Position numbers and translations under genes: made by a program | Shown here: positions 39,201 to 52,685 of the stretch, one piece after another | How the letters are laid out: every line of letters begins with the position of its first letter | How positions within the stretch are numbered: the first letter of the stretch is position 1 | The notes under the pieces: generated by a model | Database searches by the model: none | The model's input: the letters and a program-made list of their open reading frames with translations, nothing else | What the model was told of the DNA's origin: nothing | NCBI GenBank assembly: GCA_965153455.1 | Contig: OZ234493.1 | Coordinates: forward strand, 8,918,213-8,982,212 | Length of the DNA stretch: 64,000 nucleotides | DNA from: Sphagnum compactum | Lineage: Eukaryota | Reading direction: 5' to 3'

Positions 39201-42200
39201 AACATGAATCTTTTCTTTGGAATGTAGTTAGGAATACAATTTGACGTTGAATATATATTTATAAATGTAGAAAGTTATTAAGAAGAGGAATTTAGATTAT
39301 AAATTTCAATTATGATTTTCAAAGGTTTAATAATTTTTGTGGATTTGTTTAGAAATGATCTTACCATTTTTTTTGGTTTATTAAGAGGGTAATCAAATGC
39401 AAGAAACAATTATTATTGTGCACCCAATTGTATTAGCATGTTATGATTTATTTAATTGATGTTTTTTTTCCTTGATTCTAATTTATTCAAATGTATTGTT
39501 CAAACTCTAAAAGGACATCCTATTTTTCATCAACAACATTAATAAAATTATAACGTAAAAGTTTTAATTGTTTGATATTGTTATCCGAGTGTTTAGTTAC
39601 AACTATCATACGAATTGTTTCATTACCTTAATATCTTAGATTATTATTTTAATCATGTGTAACTTTTGCATTTTTCAACCATGGATGGCGAAGTAACATG
39701 GAGTAGTTGACATCCAAGACATTATTTTTCATAATAATGAAAATAACAATGTTTCAAGTACTACGAATATGATGTTTTTGTGATATTTGAATTATTATAT
39801 TGAAAATGTAAGGATTTAGTTTAAGGGTAGTCAACCTAATTTTTTCCTTAAGTCAGCAATAATAATGTTTACTTTAAACCTTCCATTCAACAACACATTG
39901 TCAATGAAACTTTACCCCACATGCACTTGTATTATAACCATGTGAAGATCTATGCTTATATAAACTATTATGGGCATGTTCCAAAAAAAGAATAGGTTTC
40001 CTAACATGGGCAATTTAACAAAAAATATTGTTTTATATTTGAAACAAATGAAAAGTTAGCCCATTATGATGGTATGCTTAGCTTTCCAAAACAATCTTCA
40101 ATTTCTTGTATAATATTAGAAAATTTCTTGTGATAGCATTTTTTCGTATAATTTCTGAAAGTTTCAATGCACTTTTATTTTCAATAATTCTCTTTTTAGT
40201 GAAAATAGTTCTTACAACTCCATTTTCGATAGTAAATTATATAAATAGTAAGGTATTTTTTTCTTAAAAATTTCTCTAAATTGTTTCAAATCTAAAAGGG
40301 TTCCTTTTATTGTAGTTTTTAATAGCAACTGAAATTATAGTTTTTGTTTTTGGTTATTACTATTAAAATCATGTTGACAATGATTTTTTTTTCGATTTTG
40401 CAATAAATTACTTTAAAAAAATATCTCTTTCGTTGCTTACCTATGTGAGTAGTCATGGATCTTACGGTTTAAATATATATCCATAAATGAAATAATAATA
40501 AATAGTTGGATTACCGTTACTATTTTGGTTTAATTTTTTTGTTTATTAGAAAGCTGATTCCTTTAGTCAGCTTTGTTATAACCTTATTCATTAAATTTTT
40601 ATTTTTTTTGAACTTACTGTTGAGATCCATTGTTTCTTAGGAACCCATTTCCATTTACATAAGGTCCATGTCACCATTAAGAAACCATTTTTGCTTTAAA
40701 GGAAAACGATTTCCCTAAGTTGTTTAGAAGGAGATTTTAAATTTTTGATTGAAATTTTATAGTTGGGTGTGAAAAATGTTATTGATACGCATTACCAAGT
40801 TCCATTTGGCCTATGAAGAAGATTCACCCAAATTTAATGGTTTGCCACCACGCAATGCAATCATTATGGCTTTAATTTTGATAAGAATAGAAAACTAATG
40901 TTGTTGATTAGATAAATTTAAATAGACTCAAATAGGATATTCATCAAAACAAGGACTATTTATCATAAACCATGTCGAACTAATAAACCTATTAAATTAA
41001 AAAAAATTGGTTCATACGCTAAAGAATAAGGTCTTACATTAGGAAGAATATTTTTAGTAAATGGTATTATTATAATATAATCAATGGAAATTTTTGTAAT
41101 CATTAGTGGTAAAAAACAAACAATGTGCAATCAAGTTCAATACCGCAAATGATAAACTAATGTGGTACAATTTTTGAATTAAAATTTGAAAGGAAATTGA
41201 GTGTGTATTTGAGATAAAAGTTGACAAAGGATTTGTAACTAACATTTGGCTTAACATGTAATGACAACTTCTTATTACATAACTTATTGCATGATCAAAA
41301 AGACAAATTAAGACAAAAAAGAAAACTTTGAAATTAAAAATAAGGGTTATTAGGAATGCATGTTAGAATTCATTTTCATCCACGAAATTCATCCTTGAGG
41401 ATTGACCTTTATACCCTTCATTAGAGTCATCATTTTCTTGAAATTGTCATAGGTCTTCCAATTACTTTTGGAATTGAAAATTTTCATTCTTTCAAACATG
41501 AGCTAAAATATTTTTATGGTACCAAAAAATCTTGGTTTTCTGGTAGGGTTCCAAATAGGTCCCCATGAAATTTTCCAAATCCATTATGACAACATTCCTT
41601 TTCAGTAAAAAATATTTAATATTTTTTCCAATTTTTTGGTTCTATTTTTTTAATAGCAACTTCCAATTCTGTGAAAAGGTAGCAACATTTAAATAATTCA
41701 TTTTTGGTCATTCGACTTTTTCCTAAACTCTAAAAGGTCCTTCTTGTGTGCTTTCCTACAAAACATGTTCCATTATATGTGGTAAAAGAATCTTAAACTT
41801 TTAAAATTTGGGACCAATTTTGAAAAGTTCTTTGAATTTTTAAAGTTTTACAATTTCATCTTTTTAGGGTATGAATTTTTTTTGAATGCGGTTCATAAGT
41901 TTTTATCCTTTTATTTTTTTTCCCATCAAAATCATTTTATTATATGAGTCATTTTTATGGTCCTTTGCAAATTTGACTCATTTTGATGCAACATGTGTTC
42001 ATTTTTGAATGTCCTAAAACAAACCTAAACTTAAAATTTTATCAAATGGAGTTTTGATTTGAATTCATTAGCATTAATATGAATGAACAAATAAGAATGT
42101 GCCATGATTGCCATAGTGTTAAATGATGAAACATAAATATTTCTTTAATTTTGACTAGTTTTGTTTATGGTCTAATGTCCTTTTGGCTTGTTGAATTGTG

Positions 42201-43342
42201 ATTGCACCTATTTTGAGAATGAAATTCATTTTATTTTTTAGTAAAAACAAATAGTTTCAACCAAAAATTTCAAATTATAAGTCATTGAACTAGAGATTCT
42301 AGTTATGTATTTGCAATGTGATCACCAAATGTTTAGGTCACACAATAATATCCCGGGTTTTGGAAGTGAAAATGATAAAAACAAAAAGTGAAAATGCCCC
42401 TTTGGTATTTTGATGTGACAAATGTCACTTATAAAAAAATATTGGAAAACAATCGTACTGCAAGTAGATTACCAATTTCCTTACAAGAACTCACAAAGTT
42501 GGGAAAGACAAACGACAGCCCTTGAACACACAAGCATTAAAGTTTTTGAGAAAAACACAATTTCAAAAACATAAAACAAATTTTTTAAAATGAAAAAGAC
42601 AATTTCAAGAATACAAAGAGTTCAATTACTTCATATTAAATCAAAATACAATGATTCAAATCTCTCAAGCTTCAGAAAAGCTTTGCACATAAGTAAGGTA
42701 AGGTTTTTAAAGTCCAAAATAGTGATCCCATGGAAAATAGGTAAAAACTTTAAAAATATCTCTCAAAGATTGATAGAAAAAAAATCCTATTCACCCTTCT
42801 AAGAACATAATTTGAAAATCTAGATCAAACTCTACAGTTTCAACCCTAAAGTCGATTCTAGCCTTAAAAAAGTACTATGGATGACACATATATTATTGAA
42901 AGTATTTGTACATGTAAGAGAAAAAAAATCAAATTGAAGTGATAAGCTATCTAATAGCAACAACTATTATTAATCAACACAAAATATACAAGTGAATGCA
43001 ATGTATACACTCCACATTTTCTTCCCTCTTCTTTCTTGTTGTGCTTTGTTCTTTCAGCAAAGTTTGGATTTGTACATTGCATCATTTTCACTGATTTCAT
43101 TTGCCCCAGATCTTGTGTCTAGAATGCCAGGACTTTTGAAAGACAGTGTAAAAAAGATTGTATCCCTGCAGTTCTTTATTTCCATTTTGATCTTCTCCAC
43201 TTAAAGGTCTTCAACTCTTATACAGGAGGAGTACTCTGTCTCATTGGTAGTCGTTAGAATATGTGTACAAAAAAAGATTGATGAAGTTGCAGAGAAATCT
43301 CCACAACAACAATTAAAGGAAACACGACAATGAGTGCAGTCA

Positions 43343-43570
43343 TAACCTCATGAGAGTCGCTTACAAAGTGACAGACCATCACCTTCATCACAAACAGCAG
43401 TGACGAGCTGCCATGACTACCCACTGAGTTCATCAGCTCCCAACAGTGGGTGTAGATAAGCATATAATAATCTTCCCAAAAACTTGGGCAAACAATTATA
43501 CACAATCTCCGTCCTGAGTTTCTGTTGCCTTTCCGGAAGCAATGGGAAGACTCAGACATGATGTTGGCTA
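43343..43570 (+). repeat. ~220 bp dispersed repeat, diverged copy at about 47899-48130
   Basis: Shared blocks in the same order and orientation: ATAACCT, ACAAAGT, TCACCTTCATCA, CCCACTGA.TTCAT, CATCAGCTCC, ACAGTGGGTGT, GAGTTTCTGT, GGAAGCAATGGGA.GACT. Confidence 0.8.
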
Positions 43571-43872
43571 GTACTCAAGAGACATTGTGTAAAAAAAAAC
43601 CACGCCAAGAGTAAATAGAGAAAGTTCACAGATCATGGCAACAGCAGCAATGAACATCCCCTGAATTCTAGCAATCATACTGTTAAGGGTTCTTCTTTCT
43701 CTGGAACATCTGACACTTTAATGCACAAAAATGAAACAGTTTTACATGCAGAAACAGATGGAGATGAAACTGCCATGCATAAATAGTCTTTTAGGGTAAG
43801 GCCAGGATTTTGGATATATAAAATGGACTTTCTCATTCTGGTTAGAAAACACTAATGCACTAAGCTTTGGCA

Positions 43873-46800
43873 TTAGCTCGTGTCTACCGTACTAATGGAA
43901 GGGACCTCAGAAAGATGTTTATCTGTATTTAAATACTTTGCAAGGGCAAACCCTGCATGCATACCATCAACAGCAGAACTTACAATTCCACCTGCATACC
44001 CTGCACCTTCTCCAATAGGATACAGGCCTGCCATTGTCACAGACTCGAAGCTCTCTGTCATCCTCTCTATTCGTACTGGAGAACTGGTTCTTGTCTGCAG
44101 CAAAACACTCACATCAAAGCTAAACCCTAAACCCTAAACCCTAATCTGCCTAGGCAACATAGTGTTCTTGGTTGAACCATGACACACACAAAAGGAGAGA
44201 GTCATCATGATCATCCTTATGAAGATGTAGAAATGAGAACACCATGCTCAAAATCACATGTGTTGGAAAAAATTCTTACCTCAACTCCATGGAGGAGTGC
44301 ACGCTTGTCTATGAAGCCTGATAACTGCACCATTCCCAGAATTTCACACCAGGTTATGTAATCAGTGGCCAAGTATCCACTCTTTCAAGCATGTATGTCA
44401 GGCACAGGCAATTACATACCTGATGCTGTTACTGTTAGGACACTGATGTGAACTTGTAAGACTTCATTCAAAGACAAAACAAAGGGGGATACCAAAAAAA
44501 GAGGAAAGAAAAAAGAACAGTGGGGAGGAAGGATATGGTCTGGACTAAGTTACTAAGTGCTATTAAGTTTGAAATCTCAATGATCTAGGGGCTAAATTAG
44601 AAGTTAGACTTCAGCATATAGAATCTCTGAATTGGCAAGGGATGAGGGCTCTGCAAGTGGTGGAAGTCAAGAGGTAGTGAGCCCCACTGCTACTGCTTGA
44701 CTTAGAATTGCAGAGGCTTCCATCTTTTGAAGAGTGATTGCACCCATTTTCTAAGGAAAGTGGTTAGGACCATATGACTTTATACATGCTATAAACCTTT
44801 TTGGCTGTAGTCCCCACAGAGGTGAGAGAGAGAGAGAGAGAGAGAGAGATTCACTAACTTGGTCATTGAAGTGAATAAGACCCTGCTTCAGAGCAAGGGT
44901 GAAATGGGCTGGGAGAAGATCATGGAGAGGAGAAGACTGGACACCAAGACGGTAACTGGAAGCAGGCAGCTCATGCTCTGCAAAGCCCAGACACACCACC
45001 ACACTAATCATCAAATCAAAGGCAAGGCAGTGCTAATGTTGAGGTGAAAACATACCACTCAGTTCAGAACACAGCATTTAACCTGAGTGCATTACATGTC
45101 ATTGCCCATTACCAACTCCAAAAAATTTGAGAAAGGTGGGGGGGTGGAAATCATTTCATCCTTTTCGATAAAAAGCAAATCAAGGGTACCTGAAATTTTG
45201 TCATTCAAGAAATCTGGAACTGTCTGTACTGGGGAAACTAGCTTCCCCCCTCCACGTCGGGCAGCCTCCCTTTCAATGCTTCTCTGAATTTATACACATC
45301 TTTGTTTTCAAATTGGAATCAAATGGGCTTTCTTTCTTTTTCTACATCAGAGGAACAAACATCTCTCCAAGTAAAAAACCTTCATTCAATGGCACTCCAA
45401 CAAAACCTCAAGGGACCACCTGCTATTTCTTTTGCAAAAACTGGGAATCATGTACAGAGTCCCAACTGAGATGATTAATTGGCACCATCAAGCAAGAATA
45501 CCAAGTCATTATACATCTTCACAGAGTGAAACTGCCATTTTCACATCATGTATAATTTCCCTTCACTCTCGACTGAGTTGACTTTTAAAGGATATCATAG
45601 CAGGACCAAGCATCCAAGAGAATGAAGATGTTTTCCATTATACCTGGAATGCTATGCCAGCAAGGGGTCCATGATTTGCTATCAAGGGTGAAAAATCATT
45701 GGCAGAGACAGTGACAACTAGTGCAGCATTTGCCCATCTGGATGAACGTTTGGAAAATGACATTCCGTTGATGCAAAGTTCAGCTTCATCAGTGCTTGTT
45801 GGCACAATCTGCCACCAAGAACAACATCAAGCACCAAGTGTGAGGGTCAAGGCCAGAAACAAGAGGGTATATTGATCCACAATTTCCACAGCATTTGAAG
45901 TCCCTTCATGCTTCCAAATGTCAGAAGTGCCAGAATGGGTGATGATTAAGAGGTTGTCCACACTTCACACAATCAAAACTAAACTGAAGTTTAGTATCTC
46001 CCCTCATGGAATAACCCACTCAACGCAACAGGCCTTACAAATTAGCTGAAGACAGTGTTCTACCTGTATACAAAACAAAAATTCCTGTATGCAGTATACA
46101 AGGTAGTAAGTTTGAAGGGTGGGAGACAAATAATGTCTGCAAACTAGAGCATAGAAAGTTTAGAGATCTGAGGATAAAATTAACATCTCTGGAATTATGA
46201 AAAAAGCATTGAATGACCTGTACTCAGCACTCAGGAGAAGTGTAGCCAAGTGGGTAACAGACCTGGCCACCAGGGCACATGCAGAATGAATAGCAGCCTT
46301 TGTGAAGGTGCTCTTCAGCATCTGAAGAAACATTGAGCTCATTCAGGTCTACATCTGCAGCCACCTTGTAATCGGCAACTGGTACTCGACCCTTTCCTCG
46401 TTGAACTTCAGACGCCCATCTGTGATACTGCCACCAACAGACCACAAACTTATTTTATTAGTCTTGCAAGATTTTCTTGGATTTGTTGCATTAGCATCTC
46501 TCACGTAGCAGAATAGTTTACCACATATGAAGCTAAAAAATGACTGGAAACTACACTGACAAGATTACAGATTGGAACCAAACAAGATTGGAAAAATGTG
46601 GACCCATGGAAGAAGTAAAATGTACCTGGATCTCATTTATGAGCTCTTGAGGATGCTCAATACGAAAACCCACCTATGAAGTCAATATGTTCAAAAGACA
46701 GTATAAGCAAAATACATGTACCCTACAACAATTTCAATCTGCATAAAACGGTTACTTGAAACTTCTAAACATTAGCCCTTGGGAAGTCCTCCCCAAGGAC

Positions 46801-49800
46801 CATCTACTACAAGATAGTGTGTAAACCAGTGTAAAATGTCAAAAAGAGTGAATCACATCCATGACCAGTATTAGAAAAAGAAAAAGAGTACACTGGTGTA
46901 TGGATTACAAGGATTAAAGGTCATTTCAATCAAAAACTTTTAACTAATGCAAAGTAGCCAAAGACTAAACAGAGCTAATGGTGGTATCTCATACAGAAAA
47001 TGACTTACTGCAAAATCCTTAGGAGACATGAGCACATTGTGGGAAAGAAGGCTTTCATAAACATCACGTGCAGAATGGCCAACAGCCAACACTACTGCAT
47101 CTGCTTCCACCACACTAGAGATTCCCAGACAACCTGATGCTTCTGTAACACAACACGTTCTTATGCCCACAACTCGCTTGTCACGGACAATGAGGTCCTC
47201 CATCCTTGTTCCAAACATGATTTTCACCTGTCCAACCCACTCTTTCCATCAGCTGGATGTATACAACAGTTATATATCCAAAATATTGATTCTAGAATCA
47301 ACTGCCAAATTCAAAGGTGTTTGCAGAAAGTTCTGGATATAAGCTTCCCAGAATATCCCAAGCAAGAATAAGTGGACAAGAGGGGCAGAACAGAGGACAC
47401 TACATCTTACCCCCAAATTTTGCAGATGCTGGCGGAAGGCACAGAGTATGTGGATGAGGCGATCAGTTCCCACATGAGGTTTTCCATCAATCAAAATGTT
47501 GGAAGGGGCACCGAATTGGACTAGTGTTGCTAGCACCTGTGAAGACCCACTAACATATTAGTCTCCTCTGGTGTCTGTCCAATACAGCAGTAATTTGAAG
47601 GTGGCATGGGGACTCAGAGGTCAGTTGAAGGCGAAACCCATACAGACAACACCTTTCACAAAGCTTCTGTGACGTCCATTACAGGTAAATGATGCTCACA
47701 GTTTGCACACTGCCACCATTTTTCCCAATACGGGTTGTCAACTTGCCATCACTCCATGTCCCTGCTCCCCCCTGCAGCATTGTCCATTCTTTCAGTCCCA
47801 AACTGTTCCTATACATGGGAACCTGTCAATAAGGATACATGCGATTGCAGAGAGAAACTCCACAAAACCATGTCAGACACCTAAGAAAAGAAACAAACAT
47901 AACCTTGCGACCATCACTCACAAAGTATCAAACCGTCACCTTCATCATGAATAGCATTGACTACCTCCCATTACTCCCACTGACTTCATGAGTTTTCAAC
48001 ATCATCAGCTCCTGACAGTGGGTGTCAAAAACTACATAAACCTGGCTAAACATCAGTGATGGGAAAAATCTGCACCCGGAGTTTCTGTCACATTTCTGGA
48101 AGCAATGGGATGACTTAATCATTATACTGGCTTATCACTAAGAGGCATGTGATCTTTCAATAGTTTCAATTTTCTAATTTCTAAGAGAACGATTATGTGG
48201 TCCAACCTCCTCAGTGGTAGTAAGTGCTTGGTTGCTGGGAGGAGCGTACATGCAACCTCTTTCCTTGCCAGGCATACAGTCTCAAACTTTCTACAATTAA
48301 CATAATTAACGTTTTGGAATTGAAACCTTGCAAGGTTGCAACAAGGCCACTGACCAGCAGGTCTCACAGATTAGGGTTTAGGGTCTAAGTTGTAACATGA
48401 CAACTATCGTCAGCAGAATTATGAGTGAACCAAGACACAAATGATTATTGCATAGTGCATGCCAGGTCAGTTATCATGTAATTAGCTTTGATGTAACTCA
48501 TGCCAGGTACTGATTGAAATAAGGTAACAATCTGTGCACATGAAGTGGCATGTCATTGCTGGAAAGAGATTCAGACTCTGCAAAGAAACAAATATAGAGT
48601 TTCATTTACAAACCTCACCATAGCAAAGATTGCTTTCATGGTCAAGTATGTGCCGATTCATAAGTGCTCCAATATCACGTCCACGGGTCTCTACAGGTTG
48701 ACCCCTCTCCACCAGTGTAACCACCACACCACTCTCAGCCAATACAAGAGCAGCAAAGAGCCCTGCTGGTCCACTACCCACCACCACAACTCTTGGCCTC
48801 TCCTTTACATTTTTCCCACCAATAGTAGAACAAAAGCTCTTCGTGGCTACTCCAGGTTGCCTCAATTGTGAAATCAAGTCTAATGGTGCCCAAGGGATAT
48901 TGCAAAACTCCAACCTGCTGGGCTTGTTCCGTAGCTTTAACAGAAAATGCCTGCTTTCAGGCTTAGCCCTTAGACATTCTCCTACATCTAATTGCAGTGT
49001 ATAGACAAATTTTGGGTCCTGAACACATCAAATGAGCTTATTAGAATCAGCCGATTGAAAAACATTTCTGCAAATATAGTTGAAAGATTGGAGCATACAG
49101 CCCAATGTGCTCCAAACTTTGCAGAATTCCTTTTCAGAATTGCTTCTATTCTGTAACTAAGAATTGGGTTATGCCAATGGACAACATTTTCAGAATCTGT
49201 ATCACAAATTTCTGACTTCAGTAGTCACTTGTAAGCACACCATTAGGTCAAAAGGATTCTTTAGAGCAAAGATTTTACCTTGCGGGCATCAAAAGATTTG
49301 CGCACAACAGAGAGAGCAGTCCTGGGCAAAACTCCTGTCTGCATTCAACCGGAAACTATAATGAACTTTGTGACACACATTCTGTAACCATAGAGATTTC
49401 AATGAACTAACACTCTGCTACAGAAAACCAAAAGGCTAAATTTGGCTCTCTCCTTTGGCTGTCAATAGATAATCTTAAAAACCTGACCTAACTTTTCCTT
49501 TGTATTTGGAGGTTCCTTACCAAGCAGAAACTTTGTCGTAGATAATGAGGCACACCTTAGCATGCCTCCTTACCAAGCATAACCTTTGTTGTAGCTAATG
49601 AGGCACACGTTACCAAGCATAACCTTCTTGAACAATTTCAAATTAGGTCAGGTTTTTTAGTAGGTGAATGGCAGGTCCAGAGGGTATTCTGTTGTTTGAG
49701 GGCATGGGAACAAGGGCCTTGCTTACTTCAAACCAAGTAACACCACAGTGCTTAAGGGTTTAGGGTTAGTTGCCAATTTAGTGATCACCCTTTGCATATT

Positions 49801-50428
49801 CCTCTACTCGTGGAACTATGGAAAAGCTAACCTTGCAGCCCAGTGCTGCTGCAGAAGCTTCCAGCACTGCATCAGAAATGTCAAAATTGTCTTTGCCAAG
49901 GTCCAACTCCAAAGGCACTTCCAATCTGAAAATTTTCCAGTACCCATCTTTCAAGAATCTGGAACTCTTTCCAGCCAATGATGGACTTGTCCTATCCGGT
50001 TTTTGCTGTTTTCTCTCTGCAGACGCTTCCGAATGCTCGTCTTTCCTGACAAAATTACAACCCCTTTGTTTTTGTGAGCCCTTATTACTACCCATTTCTG
50101 CATACCTCCCTCTATCACTTGTCCTGAGCTCACTCGCCACTGTACTCACAATTCGAGTTTGCAATTGTCTTGCCCCACTAGGAGTACACTCCCTGTAGTA
50201 GTGCAATTCCCCAAACCGTCCTCCACTGTCGAGTCCACGCCTGAGTGAATCATGCGAAAGCTGGCAGAAAAATCCAGAACTCTGTGTATTATGGCACAGC
50301 CGATGATATCGCCTCTTCCTACTCCTCCTCCTCCTGTCTATTTGCTTTGTTCCAAGGATGTCAACCAGATGAACTTCACTATTGAAGGTGAGGAAAAAAG
50401 AAGCAGAAGAACAACAACGAACATCCAT
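43873..50428 (-). CDS. PDE327: Plastid-targeted FAD/NAD(P)-binding oxidoreductase, At4g30720/PDE327-like; about 13 exons
   Basis: Exons traced with GT-AG borders. Transit-like N-terminus, then VVRKSFDARK, DPKFVYT, VVVVGSGPAGLFAAL (GxGxxG), ERG, GEGGAGTWSDGKLTTRIG, GKPHVGTD, VLAVGHSARD, VGFRIEHPQ, YSFCMCPGG, NGMSFSKR..WANAALVV, LHGVETRTSSPVRI and GLYPIGEGAGYAGGIVSSAVDG. Confidence 0.9.
44120..44144. repeat. Interstitial plant telomere repeat (CCCTAAA)3 / telo-box in the last intron
   Basis: CTAAACCCTAAACCCTAAACCCTAA. Shorter TTTAGGG motifs occur near 48371 and 49755 in other introns of the same gene. Confidence 0.85.
49477..49657. repeat. Small inverted-repeat-bounded element (MITE-like) with internal tandem repeats, in intron 1 of the oxidoreductase gene
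   Basis: AAAAACCTGACCTAA (49477-49491) and TTAGGTCAGGTTTTT (49643-49657) form a perfect 15-bp IR. Inside, TTACCAAGCA occurs three times and TAATGAGGCACAC twice. No clear TSD. Confidence 0.55.
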
Positions 50429-50789
50429 TGCAGACTCAGAAGATACAGCCGCAACGTGAAGTTGTGCTACGTATCCTTCACATCATCCTTCCTGTCAACC
50501 AGCCGCTACAATACTCTACAACCAACACCAGCTGCCAGAGATATCTCAACACCACAACAGTAAAGTGGGGTTCAAGGGTCAGTATTCAAAAGTGTAGGCC
50601 GGGGTGCGAGCATTCCCAAACTAAGGGGCCAAGAATGTGCCCACTCATGAGCGTCAACCTACATGAAGTAGGTGTAAAAGGCTTCTTGTATAGGGGAATG
50701 AACCCCTTTGTGGGTCTTCGTGGCCCTTAAGGCCAGGAAATGGGTCCTCAGGTGCCATTCCCGGGGGGGATTTAAGGGCCGGCAATGGC

Positions 50790-52600
50790 AGCTGAGGCAG
50801 CTGCAGTGGAGCACAATTTGCCCATTGCATTAAGAAAGGGAGTTCTGGGAGTACTGATGTTGTGTTTGTGCCTGAGTACGAGAGCTTAAGGTGAGCATTA
50901 TGACACCATATAGCTGCTGCCAGGCTTTTTTCTATTTGACTCTCCAATTACCAATCTAGAGCTTAGGAGCAGTTTGAATCTAGCTCTCCATGGACTTTGA
51001 GTCTAGACTTTGTACTGAAGACTCTATAATCTATTAGATTTTCAGGATTTGGCTGGGCCCAAGCTCGAAGAAGCTCATTCTTTTACACACAAGAATCTGC
51101 TCAAAAGGTAATTTCCTCTTTGTCCTCCCAATTTGACACCTGATTGTGTGAACTATCACACCACAATTGTGATCCTGTCAAACCCTAATTTTGATGCAGC
51201 TCTTCCATGTACATGCAAATGGTCACACTACTTTCATTACTTGTTGGTGGGGGTACTGCTGTTATTCCTATAGAGGATGTAAGTTTTTGGCCTCAAATTT
51301 CTGGAAACATATCAATGCCAACATTTCACATGGTACACAGGATTTCCCACAATACACCAGATTTTGCTCCACATGCATAAAAAGGAAGCCAGAGGCAGAG
51401 TAGGTATCCAATCCTGTGGTTTATCCTTGGTGCCTGCAGTTTTAGCAGATCTTCAAGCATTGTTCCAGGCTACAGTGTTGGAAGCTAATGCAATGCCGGA
51501 GGCCCGTCATCAGATGATCTCAAATCCGTTTCAGAAGCACGAGCCAAATAAATCTGGGATAGTTGGAAAACCCACTGGAAGTGAGCTTGCAATTTTTAGT
51601 GACAATGGAGTAATTTAGAAGCCTGGAGTGGTCAGTGACGTTAGCATTCAAGGTCCAAATGTGACAAACGGCTATTGAAATAACTCTGATGCCGATAGGA
51701 CAGAAATATACTTTGGGTGGTTTCATACTGGTGACTGGGTTTTGGGGATGAGTAAGCTTATCTCACATTGCCTTGCTGCATCAGAGAGCTTGTTAATCAT
51801 GGAGGTAAGTGGGTAAGTATGAAGACAGAGGGGAATTATATATATTTGGAAGGATGACAAGTTATCTCAAGCTTGTGTCTCTCTTTGTATGTTGTTAATT
51901 GTACTGTAGTTGGTCAAGAAAACATGGTGATTATTACTTGGACAGTGGAAACTAATGGTTTTGCTCAGGAACTCCAGGTGAAGTGTTCCAATTTCATGGT
52001 GTAATGTGATAGTTACTTTCAGTAGCAGAGCAAGTTTGTGTTATTTGTTTTATTGAGTTTCCTTTGGAGCTCCAGATGCACATTTTGGTGAAGAAGTAAT
52101 TGTACCAACTTGCTGTGGACAATAGGCACTGGTTCCATGAGAAAGGCTAGGGATTAAAGATTCACATAGCGCTGCTCCCTACCTCTCTCTTCAGCATTGC
52201 TCTGTTGATCAAAATTGGCATGATGACATGTACGTCTCTCCCAATGTACTGGTTAATAGCCAATGCCAAGCAACTATTTGCCACAACTCTCAAGTTGCCC
52301 ATGATAATTGGTATTGAGCTTCAGCAAAAATCTGATTATGTGTACACTTGACTTGGCTTGGAAAGCAGAGTTGAGTTATATGATGCTAATGGATATCAAA
52401 CCCCTCTTTCTGGAGTCAGGTTAATGCAGCAATTGTACTGATCAAAGGTATAGCGGCCACATAAAAAGATGTACAAGAATTTTGCAGGAAAAATTTGGCA
52501 TGATTCAAGACATGTGTATATTCTTTGCTGACGAACTGTCCCACATGGCCAGTGGAAAACTTCAGTGTTGCATTCTTGCAGAACATTTTGTCAACGATAT
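50790..52600 (+). pseudogene. AAE3: Decayed oxalate-CoA ligase / oxalyl-CoA synthetase (acyl-activating enzyme 3)
   Basis: Colinear fragments with stops and frameshifts: LFHVH (51200), KFLASNFWK, TWYTGFPTIHQILL (51328), IQSCGLSLVPAVLADLQALFQATVLEANAMPEARHQMISNP, GIVGKPTGSELAI, VSIQGPNVTNGY*NN, FGWFHTGD, IRELVNHGG|intron (51805-51977), VSFGAPDAHFGEE|intron (52096-52419), VNAAIV, FCRKNLA*FK and DELSHMASGKLQCCILAEHF (to 52589). These track the plant AAE3 sequence as I recall it. The 5' boundary is approximate. Confidence 0.88.
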
Positions 52601-52685
52601 GTCTAAGGAGTCAAGCTCAGGATTACAAAATTTCCTGTGTTGTGCAGAATTTTTTGTTGGTATGCAGGGTTGGTCTAGTGAATAA

